Shown: positions 1 through 12,822 of the stretch, in pieces
How the letters are laid out: each line of letters begins with the position of its first letter
How positions within the stretch are numbered: the first letter of the stretch is position 1
Source: Octopus bimaculoides
Taxonomy: Eukaryota
Length of the DNA stretch: 50,210 bases
Assembly: GCF_001194135.2 (NCBI RefSeq)
Contig: NC_068991.1
Span: 18,459,562 to 18,509,771 of the forward strand
Direction of reading: 5' to 3'
Position numbers and translations under genes: made by a program
Notes under the pieces: model-generated
Databases searched by the model: none
What the model was told of the DNA's origin: nothing
Seen by the model: the letters and a program-made list of their open reading frames with translations, nothing else

Positions 1-184
1 ATCGTTGGCGATTTTCTTCCTCCGTCTTCCCTTTCTTTGGACTTTCCTCTATTACTGAAGAAGAGCTTTGCTCGAAACGTTAAATCCTCTTTCTTTCCTT
101 TCCCGAGCGTCTGATGATACAGTACTTGTATCACGTCTTCGCTTTATTATTTTTTCTTGTTTCTTCTTCTTTGTTTGGATTCAC

Positions 185-223
<39 letters not shown>

Positions 224-359
224 GGCCTTGAATATCTGCACAGACGCAGATATTTATACACTACGGTTTACAATAACTTTGTAACCGAATTGATAAAATG
301 TGACTTTAATTAAACCTGTAATAACTTAATGAAAACAATATCTAAAATTAATGATATTT

Positions 360-2010
360 TTTAATTAGTATTTGTAGTCTCTCGCTTAGGTAACAACTAA
401 CTGATTCGCCATCTTTTTACTTCGGCGAAGACTTTCGTCTACTTTAATTGACATAATTTTCGATGATCTTGCCCATAATCTTCTATCAAGATGCTCTCAT
501 TTGTGTTCTTGTGGATTAAGATCGAGGCTTTGAGCAATCAATTTCAGAGATTTGATTCCGCGAATTCTTTTTGTTCGTTTCCAAACTTGTGATTCCTATC
601 TTGTATGTCATAGGACGCTGTCTTCTTGTAAAAAACTGGTGTTTTCTATTCCTACATTTGAATAGATGGATAATAAACCTTTCTTCAAATATCTGATACT
701 AGAGTGTGCAATTGAAAAAATGTCTCATATTTTGCACAGTTTTTGATGTGCAGCTAGTAAAATTAGACAGACTATAATAGTGTCACTCGGTAGATAATGT
801 TTTACCGTTGCTTTAGTTATCATTATGGCCTGAATCGGTACACACTATGCGTTTGCTATTAAAACGTTTGTTAACCTTTAAGATTAAATTGTGGGAGTTT
901 GCTGTCTTTTTGCTGCCCCCTGTAGTTATCGGAACTTACTGTTGATTTAATTTTAATTATTGTTGCTATATAAAAACAACCCCACAAAACACAAAAGAAC
1001 AGAAAAACCACACACTTTCTGTTTGTCGAAAGGTAGTCCAGAGATAATAGTCGCGCGTTAGCTTCATGATACTACTTAAGTAAATTTCGGTTAGGTAACT
1101 AAAAAGAGAGGAGTATTTCTTCTGCAGAATCTCTGCTATTTCTTCGGCATCATTATATAGAATGCTGTTTTCATGAATCAGCAGACCGATGATTGGAACA
1201 CGACTTTTTTTTATTATTGGCAAGTGGCTAGTATTTGATTTTCTCAATAACCCAGTCTTATGTAGTCAACCGTTTGTTTATTGATGATAGTTTTCATGTT
1301 GTTGTGAAGATGATATTTTTCCAACCTCACTGTTCTTGTTGCTCTCAGTTATTTTTCACTGGTCATTTATTTACTTTTTTTCATTTAAGATTTTCTTGAC
1401 GAAATTTTTTTCGCTGTTGAGAGATTATTGGTGTTTTTGTATACAAGTTTATTTCGAGCTTGCTTTGAACCAAGTGTCGAGAATATATTTTCAAGTCTCT
1501 GTCAAGTAGCTTTGATGTTAGAGTAAGTGTGTATGAAAGAATAACCGACAAGCGGTAGGTTATGTCTCCCTGCTCCGCAGTTCTACTAATGCAGCCCCGT
1601 CCTTTCAAACAGGAGTTCGGGGTGAGAGCAGCTGGTTTTGTTTTAGTATATAGGAAACTAAGATTACAGAGTAATCGGAGTCTGAGAAGTGACTTTTTCT
1701 CAACAGAGATAATATGCAAAGACTAAAGCAGTTTTGTTGTGTCACACTCAGTGAAGCATGACTTGAGACATGAAAAAGACTCATCCATAAAGTTGAATTC
1801 TGCCCTACGCTGCTGCTCTTTCTGGGGTTAAAATACAACTACGTGATTTCGAAGTATTTGTAGGCCAATCCACATAAGGAAGGTTGAAGTCGCGCCCATC
1901 ATTAATATTTTAGGAAGGAGTGGTGTTAGCCAGATATTTTTCTTAAGCTGTTCATAAGTTAGGAAGGTTGCGTGTGTAGACAATGACCATACTGAAATTT
2001 TAGTTTCCAA
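360..2010 (-). mobile_element. Decayed CR1/L2-type non-LTR retrotransposon ORF2 fragment (AP endonuclease, linker, start of RT)
   Basis: Minus strand 1865-1891 reads DFNLPYVDW (APE GDFN motif, frameshifted relative to the 1828-2010 ORF). ORF 966-1247 has IGLLIHENSILYNDAEEIAEILQKKYSSLFS, like the CR1-type linker IGPL...D..EMAEILN.QY.SVF. Many stops and frameshifts; boundaries approximate. Confidence 0.7.
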
Positions 2011-2172
2011 ATATATTATTAACCGCCATCGTTTTATTTATATATATTCATTAAAGAAATTAACGGTTCGATGTTTAATGAACACAACAGTTAACCTTCT
2101 GTACATAACTAGCTGGGTAATGTAAAGGACGTAGTGCAAGGAAATTAACCGCTGCCTATAACTCATGGCATG

Positions 2173-2174
<2 letters not shown>

Positions 2175-2203
<29 letters not shown>

Positions 2204-2240
2204 TGTATGTATGTATGTATGTATGTATGTATGTATGCAT
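2175..2240. repeat. (TATG)n microsatellite
   Basis: Directly visible tandem TATG; one of dozens of (CA)n, (TA)n, (GA)n, (TATG)n and (TCTA)n tracts in the window, most assembly gaps abut such tracts. Confidence 0.95.
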
Positions 2241-2257
2241 GCATGTGTATACATATA

Positions 2258-2479
2258 CAGGGTGCAGCAGAAGTAACGCATTTTACTATTTGAGTTTTCT
2301 AGTTTCCAATTGAGTTTCCTTTTTATTTCTTAAAACTTGTGCGATTTTTTTCATTAGTTTATTATTCGTTTCTTTAAGTAATGCAATAAATTTGTGTTCA
2401 ATAAAAAAATACTTAATAAACATTTATATATTATAAAAGTTATTAAATGCAAAAAGGGCGTTACTTCTTCAGCATTCAG
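2258..2479. mobile_element. Old Tc1/mariner-type MITE
   Basis: Left end CAGGGTGCAGCAGAAGTAACGC vs reverse complement of right end CTGAATGCTGAAGAAGTAACGC (17/22, inner 11 bp perfect); TA on both flanks. Confidence 0.5.
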
Positions 2480-2501
2480 TATATATATATATAAACATTG
2501 T

Positions 2502-3315
2502 GTACAGGACGAAAAATACGTAAACACACGAGAGATAAATTACAGGACAAAATGCCGAAATAAAGTGAACTCCTCATCAGTTGTCGGACCGTTTATTACG
2601 CCTATTTCGTGCTTTTAACAACAGTATATAGGGAAACTTCATAAGTCAGCAGCAGCATCCACAAATTTTAAAAATATGAAATTCATGGAAAATGTTAGAG
2701 CTTCGAACGAACAATCAACGACAGGGTGAACGTACAGAGTAAACAATCGACGAAGACAAACATTAAGGGCTTTTAGGCCAAGATGTATTGTAATGGGTAA
2801 CGCCTGGGAGAAATTCTTTCAAGGATATAAATAAATAGAAGAGAAGAAAATAGTATAAGAGAAAAAATGTCGGGAGGCGAGAATAAATGTCGTCCAGTTA
2901 AGTACGCATCGCGTCTAGAAAAGACAGAGGCTAGGAAAAAAATGGCTTGTAGTCACGTGGAACAAACAGATAGAGGAGAAGGGAGACAAGAGAGAGAATG
3001 AGGGAAAGAAACAAAGAGAGTGTACGTCCACTCTGACGTTGTTTGTTCGTTCGAAGCCCTTTCTGGATGTTGCTGTTTTATGAAGTTTTCCTATATTGCC
3101 GTTGAAAGCTCGAAATAGGGAGAAATTAACAGTCGACAACTGAGGAGGGGTTAGCTTTCTTTTGGTATTTTGTTCCGTACTTGTTTCTCATTATATGTTA
3201 TATATTTTTCACTCGTTGGTGATGTCCTGTTCTTATTGTGTATTTTTTGGTAATTCGTCATGTACTTATCGCTCGTGTGTCTACGTAATTTTCACTCGTT
3301 CGTGGTGTCCCGTAC
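2502..3315. repeat. Imperfect long inverted repeat (about 60-75 bp arms), possible TIR element
   Basis: 2502-2562 (GTACAGGAC..GAAAAATACGTAAACACACGAGAGATAA..TACAGGACAAAATGCCGAAATA) matches the reverse complement of 3241-3315 with scattered mismatches and one indel. Confidence 0.55.
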
Positions 3316-3611
3316 TTGATGCATTTTATATTCATTTATCTATAATCGAACACCACGCAACGTTGTCCACAGTAAGTTTTTACTTATATATATANNNNNN
3401 NNNNNNNNNNNNNNNNNNNNNNNNNNNNNNNNNNNNNNNNNNNNNNNNNNNNNNNNNNNNNNNNNNNNNNNNNNNNNNNNNNNNNNNNNNNNNNNNNNNN
3501 NNNNNNNNNNNNNNNNNNNNNNNNNNNNNNNNNNNNNNNNNNNNNNNNNNNNNNNNNNNNNNNNNNNNNNNNNNNNNNNNNNNNNNNNNNNNNNNNNNNN
3601 NNNNNNNNNNN

Positions 3612-3652
<41 letters not shown>

Positions 3653-3852
3653 TGTACATACATACATAGTTATACTACATATATATAAGTGCGTGTATAT
3701 TATATATATATATATGTGAGTGCGTGTGTGTGTGTGTATGTGTGTATACACACACAACTTTAAAGCATACTCACAGATACACATAAGCACAAACTCGTAC
3801 ACTCATACATATATACATACATAAACACATACATACACTCACAGACCACACA

Positions 3853-3888
<36 letters not shown>

Positions 3889-4010
3889 TACACACACACA
3901 TGCATGTGTATGTTTTAGGCTGTGCGTATTATAGCATGTCTGTGTTTATTCTTCTCTGCCAGATGTAGGCTGAAGACGGTTTGTAAATAATTACTTCATC
4001 TCTCTCTCTC

Positions 4011-4072
<62 letters not shown>

Positions 4073-5420
4073 NNNNNNNNNNNNNNNNNNNNNNNNNNNN
4101 NNNNNNNNNNNNNNNNNNNNNNNNNNNNNNNNNNNNNNNNNNNNNNNNNNNNNNNNNNNNNNNNNNNNNNNNNNNNNNNNNNNNNNNNNNNNNNNNNNNN
4201 NNNNNNNNNNNNNNNNNNNNNNNNNNNNNNNNNNNNNNNNNNNNNNNNNNNNNNNNNNNNNNNNNNNNNNNNNNNNNNNNNNNNNNNNNNNNNNNNNNNN
4301 NNNNNNNNNNNNNNNNNNNNNNNNNNNNNNNNNNNNNNNNNNNNNNNNNNNNNNNNNNNNNNNNNNNNNNNNNNNNNNNNNNNNNNNNNNNNNNNNNNNN
4401 NNNNNNNNNNNNNNNNNNNNNNNNNNNNNNNNNNNNNNNNNNNNNNNNNNNNNNNNNNNNNNNNNNNNNNNNNNNNNNNNNNNNNNNNNNNNNNNNNNNN
4501 NNNNNNNNNNNNNNNNNNNNNNNNNNNNNNNNNNNNNNNNNNNNNNNNNNNNNNNNNNNNNNNNNNNNNNNNNNNNNNNNNNNNNNNNNNNNNNNNNNNN
4601 NNNNNNNNNNNNNNNNNNNNNNNNNNNNNNNNNNNNNNNNNNNNNNNNNNNNNNNNNNNNNNNNNNNNNNNNNNNNNNACAACAGAGCTGTGTGTTCCTC
4701 AGAACGTGTTTAACGATAACCCTCCACTCCACTCCACTCCACCTGCTTTACTCCAAATTAAGTCATCCCTCACCCGCCATTGCCTTCTAACCTCCATTAC
4801 ATATCACAGTCCTAAATCTCACCGCCAGCTCTTTACTTGCTGGCCGAAACGATTCACTTGCGTTTCTTGCACTCAAGTCCATTTTTTTTCTCCTCATTTC
4901 TTATCAGTCTAACACCACCAACTAAAATCTGTTTGTTCCTCCGCGGAGAAGGAAGAACTCTCATTTGTCTGTCTGTCTATCTGTCTGTCTGTCTGTCTGT
5001 CTCTGTCTGTCTGTCTCTCTCTTTCCAGTGTAACTAACTTTCTATGTCTGTCTCTTTTTAACTCGTCCGTTTAGCTTCGTTCTCCATTTCCCTTTTGCTT
5101 TCTTTCTCACTCTCAATATGACTTTCTCTTTCTCCTTCTCCATCCCACCCTCTTCCTCACATTCTCTCTCCCTCTCCATCTCTTATCCCTCTCGTCATCC
5201 CTATCTGTCTACTTGTATGTCACAGAATATTATCGTCTGCTTTTGTATATGATCTGCTTTTCATTGCATCTCTCTTTCTGTCTCTTCGCTGTTTTTCTTC
5301 TCTCATCTTCTTTGACTACCGTTTACCTTTCTCTTTGTATACTCCTTGTGTATCTAATTCCTCACTTTCTCCATCTCTCTGTCTCTCTCTGCCCTTCTCT
5401 TCCTTCTCTCACTTTCTCTT

Positions 5421-5772
5421 TGTTGTTGGCACTCCGTCGCTTACGACGTCGAGGGTTCCAGTTGATCCGATCAACGGAACAGCCTGCTCGTGAAATTAAC
5501 GTGCAAGTAGCTGAGCATTCCACAGACACGTGTACCCTTAACGTAGTTCTAGGGTATATTCAGCGTGACATAGAGTGCGACAAGGCTGGCCCTTTGAATT
5601 ACAGGCACAATAGAAACAAGAAGTAAGAGTGAGAGAAAGTTGTGGTGAAAGAGTACAGCAAGGTTTTCCACCATCCCCTGCCGAAGCCTCGTGGAGCTTT
5701 AGGTATTTTCGCTCAATAAACACTCACTGGGAATCGAAACCGCGATCCTATGACCTCGAGTCCGCTGCCCTA
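5421..5772 (-). mobile_element. tRNA-derived SINE, family 1 (about 385 bp, (CAA)n tail), head lost in gap
   Basis: High identity to copies at 11369, 21357, 36759 and 47974. Confidence 0.9.
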
Positions 5773-5811
5773 NNNNNNNNNNNNNNNNNNNNNNNNNNNN
5801 NATATATACAC

Positions 5812-5844
<33 letters not shown>

Positions 5845-6069
5845 TACATACATACATACATACATACATACATACATACATACAATACATCCCAATCTTT
5901 GTTGAAAATAGTTTTGTTGCATTCAACATCAGAAAAGCATTCAACCATGTTTGGCACGCAAATCTGGCAGAACTTCCTACTTACGGGATCTGTCCGTGTC
6001 TTGTCTCCTTGATGAACGGCTTCCTGTTAAATCGCACCACCACTTCCTGTGTTGAAGAAAGAAACTCTG

Positions 6070-6113
<44 letters not shown>

Positions 6114-6617
6114 TGAAGTCAGGTATGACTCAATGTTGAAGTTTATTTCTCTCATTTCCTCCTATGCATCAGCAGTTTGCATGTCACCTCCAACAACATT
6201 CGCTCACATGCAGATAAAACCACTCTTCATACTTCCTTAATCGTTCACAAATAATCGTCATCCATATACATCCTCACATCAAAGTTGCACTTACTCGAAG
6301 AACAGATACCTGCAAGAAATAACTCCAAATATTACTCAAATCATCGCAATAGATGATATAGTCCTAGACATAGTATGGTCACATCTAGAATGCTTTCGAC
6401 CTTACGTCTGCTTGATCAAGAATAGCCTGGGGTTAAATAGCAACAACAACAAGAGCCAAAGGGCTATGCCGGCTACACTTAAAGAAGTGAAACTCAACAA
6501 GACACTCGTGATTATTTATTTTGCTTTTTTAATTACTAAACAAACGTCCACGATGAATCAACTCCGTAATATGATATCTTTTCACAGCTAGAGAGGGACT
6601 GGACAAAATCTCTAGAC

Positions 6618-6971
6618 CAGCGATTCTCAACCGGGGTCCACATGGCTTCTGAATGAAGGTCCATATAAGATTTGGTGGGAGAGGGTTCCACGCAACAAAA
6701 TAGTAAATTGGGGATCCACAATAATATTTTAAAGGTCCCCTGAAAAATTTTACTTTAGATGTATGCATTGCAAGAAACAACTAGGTTTCTTTCTGTACCG
6801 TTTTACATATTTCAACCTACACAAATTAATTTGTGAAAAACAAAATAGGAATTTTGAAAGAAGTTTCTATGAAAATAGTTTTTAAGCATCAAATGGCTGT
6901 GGGGGCGGGGTCTACCAGAATAAAATAGTAATCAAAAAGGTTCTTAGTTAAAGAATAGTTGAGAACCCCTT
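6618..6971. mobile_element. hAT (Charlie-like) non-autonomous element
   Basis: TIR CAGCGATTCTCAAC / GTTGAGAACCCCTT; 8-bp target duplication CTCTAGAC (6610-6617) vs CTCTAAAC (6972-6979), matching the NTCTAGAN target preference. Confidence 0.75.
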
Positions 6972-7197
6972 CTCTAAACCCTTCACTTAGAAATCTGACA
7001 AACTCCCAACTAGATTAGCCACAACCGTTGAAGATGCAACTGCTGCGGTTGCATTATTAGTGTAAGCAATTGAAACTGGAAGGTAGTGTTCCGTGTGACC
7101 TCCATATCAAATAATCAACTTCCTGTTATTCATTCGATTATTTCCTCGTAGCTGAAAGCAATAGAGTAGGCAGAAATGGTTATATAACCCTCTTCAA

Positions 7198-7274
7198 AAG
7201 CTCTAGTAAAGCCCACACTTGAGAACTGCTCCATAGACTCGAGCGATACTCAAGTGTGGGCTCTGCTGTTGCTT
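7198..7274 (+). ncRNA. Candidate pre-miRNA-like hairpin (unverified)
   Basis: 14-bp perfect core stem 7210-7223/7249-7262 extends without bulges to 7204-7268 (3 mismatches, 3 G-U), 9-nt loop, 4 more bp at 7198-7201/7271-7274. No expression evidence; strand uncertain. Confidence 0.3.
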
Positions 7275-9619
7275 CACTCTAACATTCTAGACAGTAGCGC
7301 TCTCTTGGGATCATTGTGAGTTCACAAAGGAGCTTCAAATGTCAATGAGGCATTATGGCGTGGCGGCGCTAGGTGCTTATTTTAGAAATAAGACTTTTAA
7401 ATCATGAAAAATAATTATATTTTAAACAAAATTTATTGAAAAATCTTTGCTGGGATTAGTACATATATAGAAAAAAACAGTGCTTTCATTAAGCAAAACC
7501 ATTACTAATGATGCACAAAATTACAAAATAGATTACAGTTTATAAGTTCTTGCATCCTTTTGCAATTTCCATAAAAAAATACCATAACAGGCTCTATGCA
7601 CAGTAAATTCATAGTGCGGGATAGTGCACGAAAATATGGAAAATAGAAGCACTACTTACAATTAGTTACTGCTCGATTGAAATAATCTCTCTCTCTCCCT
7701 CTTTTGTGAAACATGAAATAATATAATTGAGAGACGCCATCTGCATGAACTAGCATGAATTAAGATATTTAAAGCCGAGAGATTGGAAAAGGTATATACA
7801 GTAAACTTGCTAAATAATGATAACCTGAAGGTATCAAGATGTCGTTATTGTGAATTTTCTGTTGTATAGGATGTCGTTTTATTAATATTTATATTAGATA
7901 ATACAGTAAAATGGATACCATTTTATTAGGTTCAAAATGCGCAATAAACAATTACGATAAAAAAAATAAAGAATCCTTATAAACTAAAAAGGAAATTTTC
8001 ACAATCTAGATCTTACGTTATGAGCTAGATAATAAATATATAATTATATAGTAATTGCACAATAAAGAAATAAACCAAATAGACATTAAAAGTTAAAAAG
8101 AACATAAACCAATATATAATTAGCCATGCGTCTCTATCTCTCTCTGTTTGTCCATCCTACTGAAAGGTGCATTAAAGGCAGCTAACTACTTTGTACTTCT
8201 ACTATCGCTGTATTTCCTTGAAACACCGACAACTCGTTTAGTTAACTGAATGATGGGTAGAAACGTAGATTATAAGTTTAACTGTTTGTCGAAATCATAA
8301 TGATATTCATTCGGCAGCTAATGTTGGGTTGTATACGATTGATGTACGTGTTTATTTGTGTGTGTTGTTATCTGAAATCCTTTTGTACCTTATGTTCTCG
8401 TGGTTTTGGAGTTGTCCTTCATTGAGATTCTAATTCAAGTAACGGAGTCCAAAAGTCATGTACGTTTTGTTGCAGCTGATGATGGAAATATATGTTTGAT
8501 ATACTTCCAGTCTATGGATCTTGTAGTTTCGTTGTTCTGAGTGTCCTTCATTCTCGTAAGATTGAACTTGGCAAAGGGCTCTTGGTTTAAGGTGGTTTTG
8601 TTGCATATATAACAAATTTAGCTATTAAATGTCTTTTTTCTAACCATTCAACGCTTATGTACGTCATAATTGTGTCCAAAGTTTAGGTTGTTAGCTGTAT
8701 AAATTCAACATGTCAAGCAGTAGAATAAGCTTGTGTGTGTGAATAGTTTGTTCGTGAATGTAGTTTATTAAAGTTTATTCAGTATTGGTTTGTACTTTTC
8801 TATGAATATATTTTCTTTGTTTATCTCTGCTTGCTCTGTGGTATTGACTGAAGAAAGGTAAAGTGGAAAGGCTTGGAACTTGGGGGGACTTATTTTTGGC
8901 ACATATGTTTATGCGTCCCTTAAGTGGTATCTGCCTCGTACTGGGGTCTCGTATTTGTTGTCTGTTAATATTAAGTCTCTCCTTCTCTGTTTGTATATAT
9001 ATAAATTAAACAATAGGGTAAAAAATTGGATATTAATTAATATCAATTTAATACCAAGTAATAAGCACATTAAAAGAATCAGGGAGACTCAGAAAAAATA
9101 TCTGAGATCTCAAAGGATTATTGTATATGTATATATAAAAATATATAAAAATATATATAAAGGAGTCCACTTGGTGGACTGCTAATGTGCTAGACATGTG
9201 ATCTTCTTCTAACATATATATATATTATTTTATTAAAAGAGTTCCAACTCTGTCTGTTTTTTATGTTTTATTTATATTCTTGTAAAATTAATGTGGGATA
9301 TAGAATATGGAATATATAATATATAATATAAAAATGGATGGTACAATGAAATGAAGTATTGAATGTCTTATTGAATATATGGAATATGTCTTATTGAATA
9401 TATGAAATATTGAGTGTTCAATATAAAGGATTAAATAAATATATAAAGACGAATACGTATTTTCAATACCTTTTGGTATTTCATCATGGCCGGTATCTGA
9501 CAGACTGTAACATATGTAATATATACATGCATATATATATATATATATATATATATANNNNNNNNNNNNNNNNNNNNNNNNNNNNNNNNNNNNNNNNNNN
9601 NNNNNNNNNNNNNNNNNNN

Positions 9620-9679
<60 letters not shown>

Positions 9680-9992
9680 TCACTCACTTAGATATGAACA
9701 GATCTTACACACAAGTAAAACATATACATACATAGAACATATATGCAAGCACATCCGTCTTATTCTTATTCCTATCAGTCTGTCTTCTATATATGTTAAT
9801 CATTTATTTTCTGTTGGTAATGATGCTGTCTGAAATTCTTGTCTGTTATTTTAGCTGTTAGTAATGCTGTAACTATTGTAGTTGTCTACGAGTGGCATCG
9901 CTGTCTGTCTGTCTGTGTACAAATATATATATAGAGATGTGTGTGTGTGTGTGTGTGTGCCTTTGTGTCTATGTTTGTCCCACCACCATCGC

Positions 9993-10352
9993 TTGACTGC
10001 GGCCATGCTGGAGTACCGCCTTAATTCGAGAAAATCAACCCCAAGACTTATTCTTTGTAAGCCTAGTACTTATTCTATCGGTCTCTTTTTGCCGAACCGT
10101 TAAGTTACGGGGACGTAAATACACAAGCATCGGTTGTCAAGCGATGGTAGGGGGACAAACACAGACACACAAACACACATACATATATACGACAGGCTTC
10201 TTTCAGTTTCCGTCTACCAAATCCACTAACAAGGCTTTGGTCGGCCCGAGGCTATAGTAGAGGACACTTGCCCAAGGTGCCACGCAGTGGGACTGAACCC
10301 GGAACTATGTGGTTGGTAAGCAAGCTAATTGCCTCACAGCCACTCCTGCGCC
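9993..10352 (-). mobile_element. tRNA-derived SINE, family 3 (about 400 bp, internal (TA/TG)n, (AAAAGAGT) tail)
   Basis: Reverse complement of copies at 26233 and 31791; head with A-box TGGCTGTG.GG and B-box GGGTTCAGTCCC. Confidence 0.9.
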
Positions 10353-10442
10353 AGTACTGTATATTTTTTTATTATTTTCATAATTTGTATATATTTATTT
10401 TATTATAAATGCAAAACAACAGCACAGAGGAANNNNNNNNNN

Positions 10443-10503
<61 letters not shown>

Positions 10504-11368
10504 GAGAGAGAGAAGACAGGAATATATATATTTGTGCATACATGTGTGTGTATATATGCATATATAAACAGAGAACGAAAGACGACACTAAGAGAAAGGG
10601 AAGGGGGGAGAGAGATAATGGTATCACAGAACAAACATTCTTATAATAACCTGATTACCATTAATAGAATTTATTGCCTCTTATCATTCTTATTAACACG
10701 GAATTCACAAGTGTTTCTCTTGTTATTGTTGTTGTCAGCATTCTGTAGAGCAACTGGCAGCTGGCTGCGGTACCTGTTTTCAGTTATAAGAACAAACCAA
10801 GGGAGAGAGAGAGGGGTAGAGGATCAGATTATTGAGAAAGGACGTGAACAATGGAGGTGGGGACGTAATAGAACATATCCAGTTTGTAAGCCTACCTACT
10901 TACAGAATATTGGGGTTATGGGAGCAAAAGATTTCGGCTAAGGTGATGACGAAAAGATTACTGTTTGTCTTGGATTATAGCTGCCACGCCCGAACAGCTT
11001 CTCCATCTGCTACACGCACAAAGATTAAAGAACAAAACAAAAATTGTAAAAAAAAAATAATAATTAAAAAATGGCTTATCATTTGATTGGTTGCGAAAAA
11101 TTCACTCACAAACACATTACATAATTCTCCTGACCCAACACAACAAAGATGGAACCTCGATACACTCTAATTAGCAACCAAGTCTTCACCAAATCACAGC
11201 CCTGTGTCTTAGAAAAACAAGAACACATTGGAACGGTCCTGAATACATTGAAGTTACTCACTTCTTTCCCATAACATTTCTACCATTAGGGCACTTGATT
11301 TTTGTTTTCTTATCAGTTTTTTCCCCTCCTTTTCTGGGGTTTGCTCTTTCTTCATGTAATCCAGCCCT

Positions 11369-11765
11369 TGTTGTTGTTGTTGTTGTTGGCACTCCGTCGC
11401 TTACGATATCGAGGGTTTCAGTTGATCCGATCAACGGAACAGCCTGCTCGTGAAATTAACGTGCAAGTGGCTGAGCACTCCACAGACACATGTACCCTTA
11501 ACGTAGTTCTCGGGGATATTCAGTGTGACACAGTGTGACAAGGCTGACTCTTTGAAATACAGGCACAACAGAAACAGGAAGTAAGAGTGAGAGAAAGTTG
11601 TGGTGAAAGAGTCCAGCAGGGTTCACCACCATCCCCTGCCGGAGCCTCATGGAGTTTTAGGTGTTTTCGCTCAATAAACACTCACAACAACCAGTTTGGG
11701 AATCGAAACTGCGATTCTACGACCACGAGTCCGCTGCCCTAACTACTGGGCCATTGCGCCTCCAC
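11369..11765 (-). mobile_element. tRNA-derived SINE, family 1, full length
   Basis: Full-length reverse match to 21357-21740 including (TTG)n tail on plus strand. Confidence 0.9.
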
Positions 11766-11879
11766 AATCCAGCCCTAACCGGTCTGGTATAGCAGTAACT
11801 GCTTTGTTACGATATTTCTGTTCAAATAAATTGCCTTTATTTCTAATGTTTAAATTGTTGAAAACTTTTGTAAAATATA

Positions 11880-12111
11880 TTGGGTTGTCCGGAAAGTTCG
11901 TGCCGATTTTTAAAGGAAAAAAAAAAAAAGGTCAATAAATACTTGCCATTACATTTTTAATCAACCAAATACGAACCATTTTGTTGCACAATGCGTCTCC
12001 ATCTTTCCTTTAACTTGAAAATAACCTCTTCCCAGAATTGAGGTGGTTTCATGGCAAATAAGTCGAAAGGTAAGCTACTATAAATCGGCACGAACTTTCC
12101 GGACAACCCAA
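11880..12111 (-). mobile_element. Mariner-derived MITE (232 bp)
   Basis: Perfect 30-bp TIR TTGGGTTGTCCGGAAAGTTCGTGCCGATTT, TA on both flanks; internal minus-strand DLFAMKPPQFWEEVIFKLKERWRRIVQQNGSYLVD* resembles the mariner transposase C-terminus (FF..KP..F...GI.KL.ERW..V...NG.Y). Confidence 0.9.
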
Positions 12112-12135
12112 TATTTGTCATTATGAACCTGGTGT

Positions 12136-12822
12136 AAGGCGGCGAGCTGGTAGAATCGTTAGGAGGCCGGACAAAATGCTTAGCGGCGTTTCGTCCGTCT
12201 TTACATTCTGAGTTCAAATTCCGCCGAGGTCAACTTTGCCTTTCATCCTTTCGGATGTNNNNNNNNNNNNNNNNNNNNNNNNNNNNNNNNNNNNNNNNNN
12301 NNNNNNNNNNNNNNNNNNNNNNNNNNNNNNNNNNNNNNNNNNNNNNNNNNNNNNNNNNNNNNNNNNNNNNNNNNNNNNNNNNNNNNNNNNNNNNNNNNNN
12401 NNNNNNNNNNNNNNNNNNNNNNNNNNNNNNNNNNNNNNNNNNNNNNNNNNNNNNNNNNNNNNNNNNNNNNNNNNNNNNNNNNNNNNNNNNNNNNNNNNNN
12501 NNNNNNNNNNNNNNNNNNNNNNNNNNNNNNNNNNNNNNNNNNATAAGTACCAATTGAGTATTTGGGTCGATGTAATCGACCAGTCCCCTCCCCCAAATTT
12601 TCAAGCTTTGTGCCTATAGGAGAAAAGATTATTAATCTGATGTGCAAGGCGGCGAGCTAGCAGAATCGTTAGCACGCCGGGAAAAATGCTTAGCTGTATT
12701 TCGTCTGTCTTTACGTTCTGAGTTCAAATTCCGCCGAGGTCAACTTTGCCTTTCATCCTTTCGGATGTAATAGACTATCCCCACTCCAAAACTTCCAGCC
12801 TTCCATAGTAGAAATGATTATT
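12136..12822 (+). mobile_element. Two tandem copies of SINE family 2 (about 220 bp unit), first spans a gap, second internally deleted
   Basis: AAGGCGGCGAGCTGG..GAATCGTTAG..TTCTGAGTTCAAATTCCGCCGAGGTC heads at 12136 and 12646; same family at 16463, 22477, 26836, 32435-33782. Confidence 0.85.

Noticed and set aside
8300-8560. Candidate first (signal peptide) exon of the WFDC1-like gene; also 10700-10790
   Set aside because: No combination of in-frame ATG, clean hydrophobic core and phase-0 donor; the true exon may be in the 18331-19214 gap or outside the window.
11957-12217. 86-aa ORF with transposase-like end
   Set aside because: Chimera of an antisense SINE head and the mariner MITE; not a gene.
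12201-12769. Near-identical 57-bp SINE segments ending in CGGATGT in both tandem copies
   Set aside because: The first ends exactly at a gap with the deletion-junction sequence of the second copy; likely assembly confusion rather than biology.
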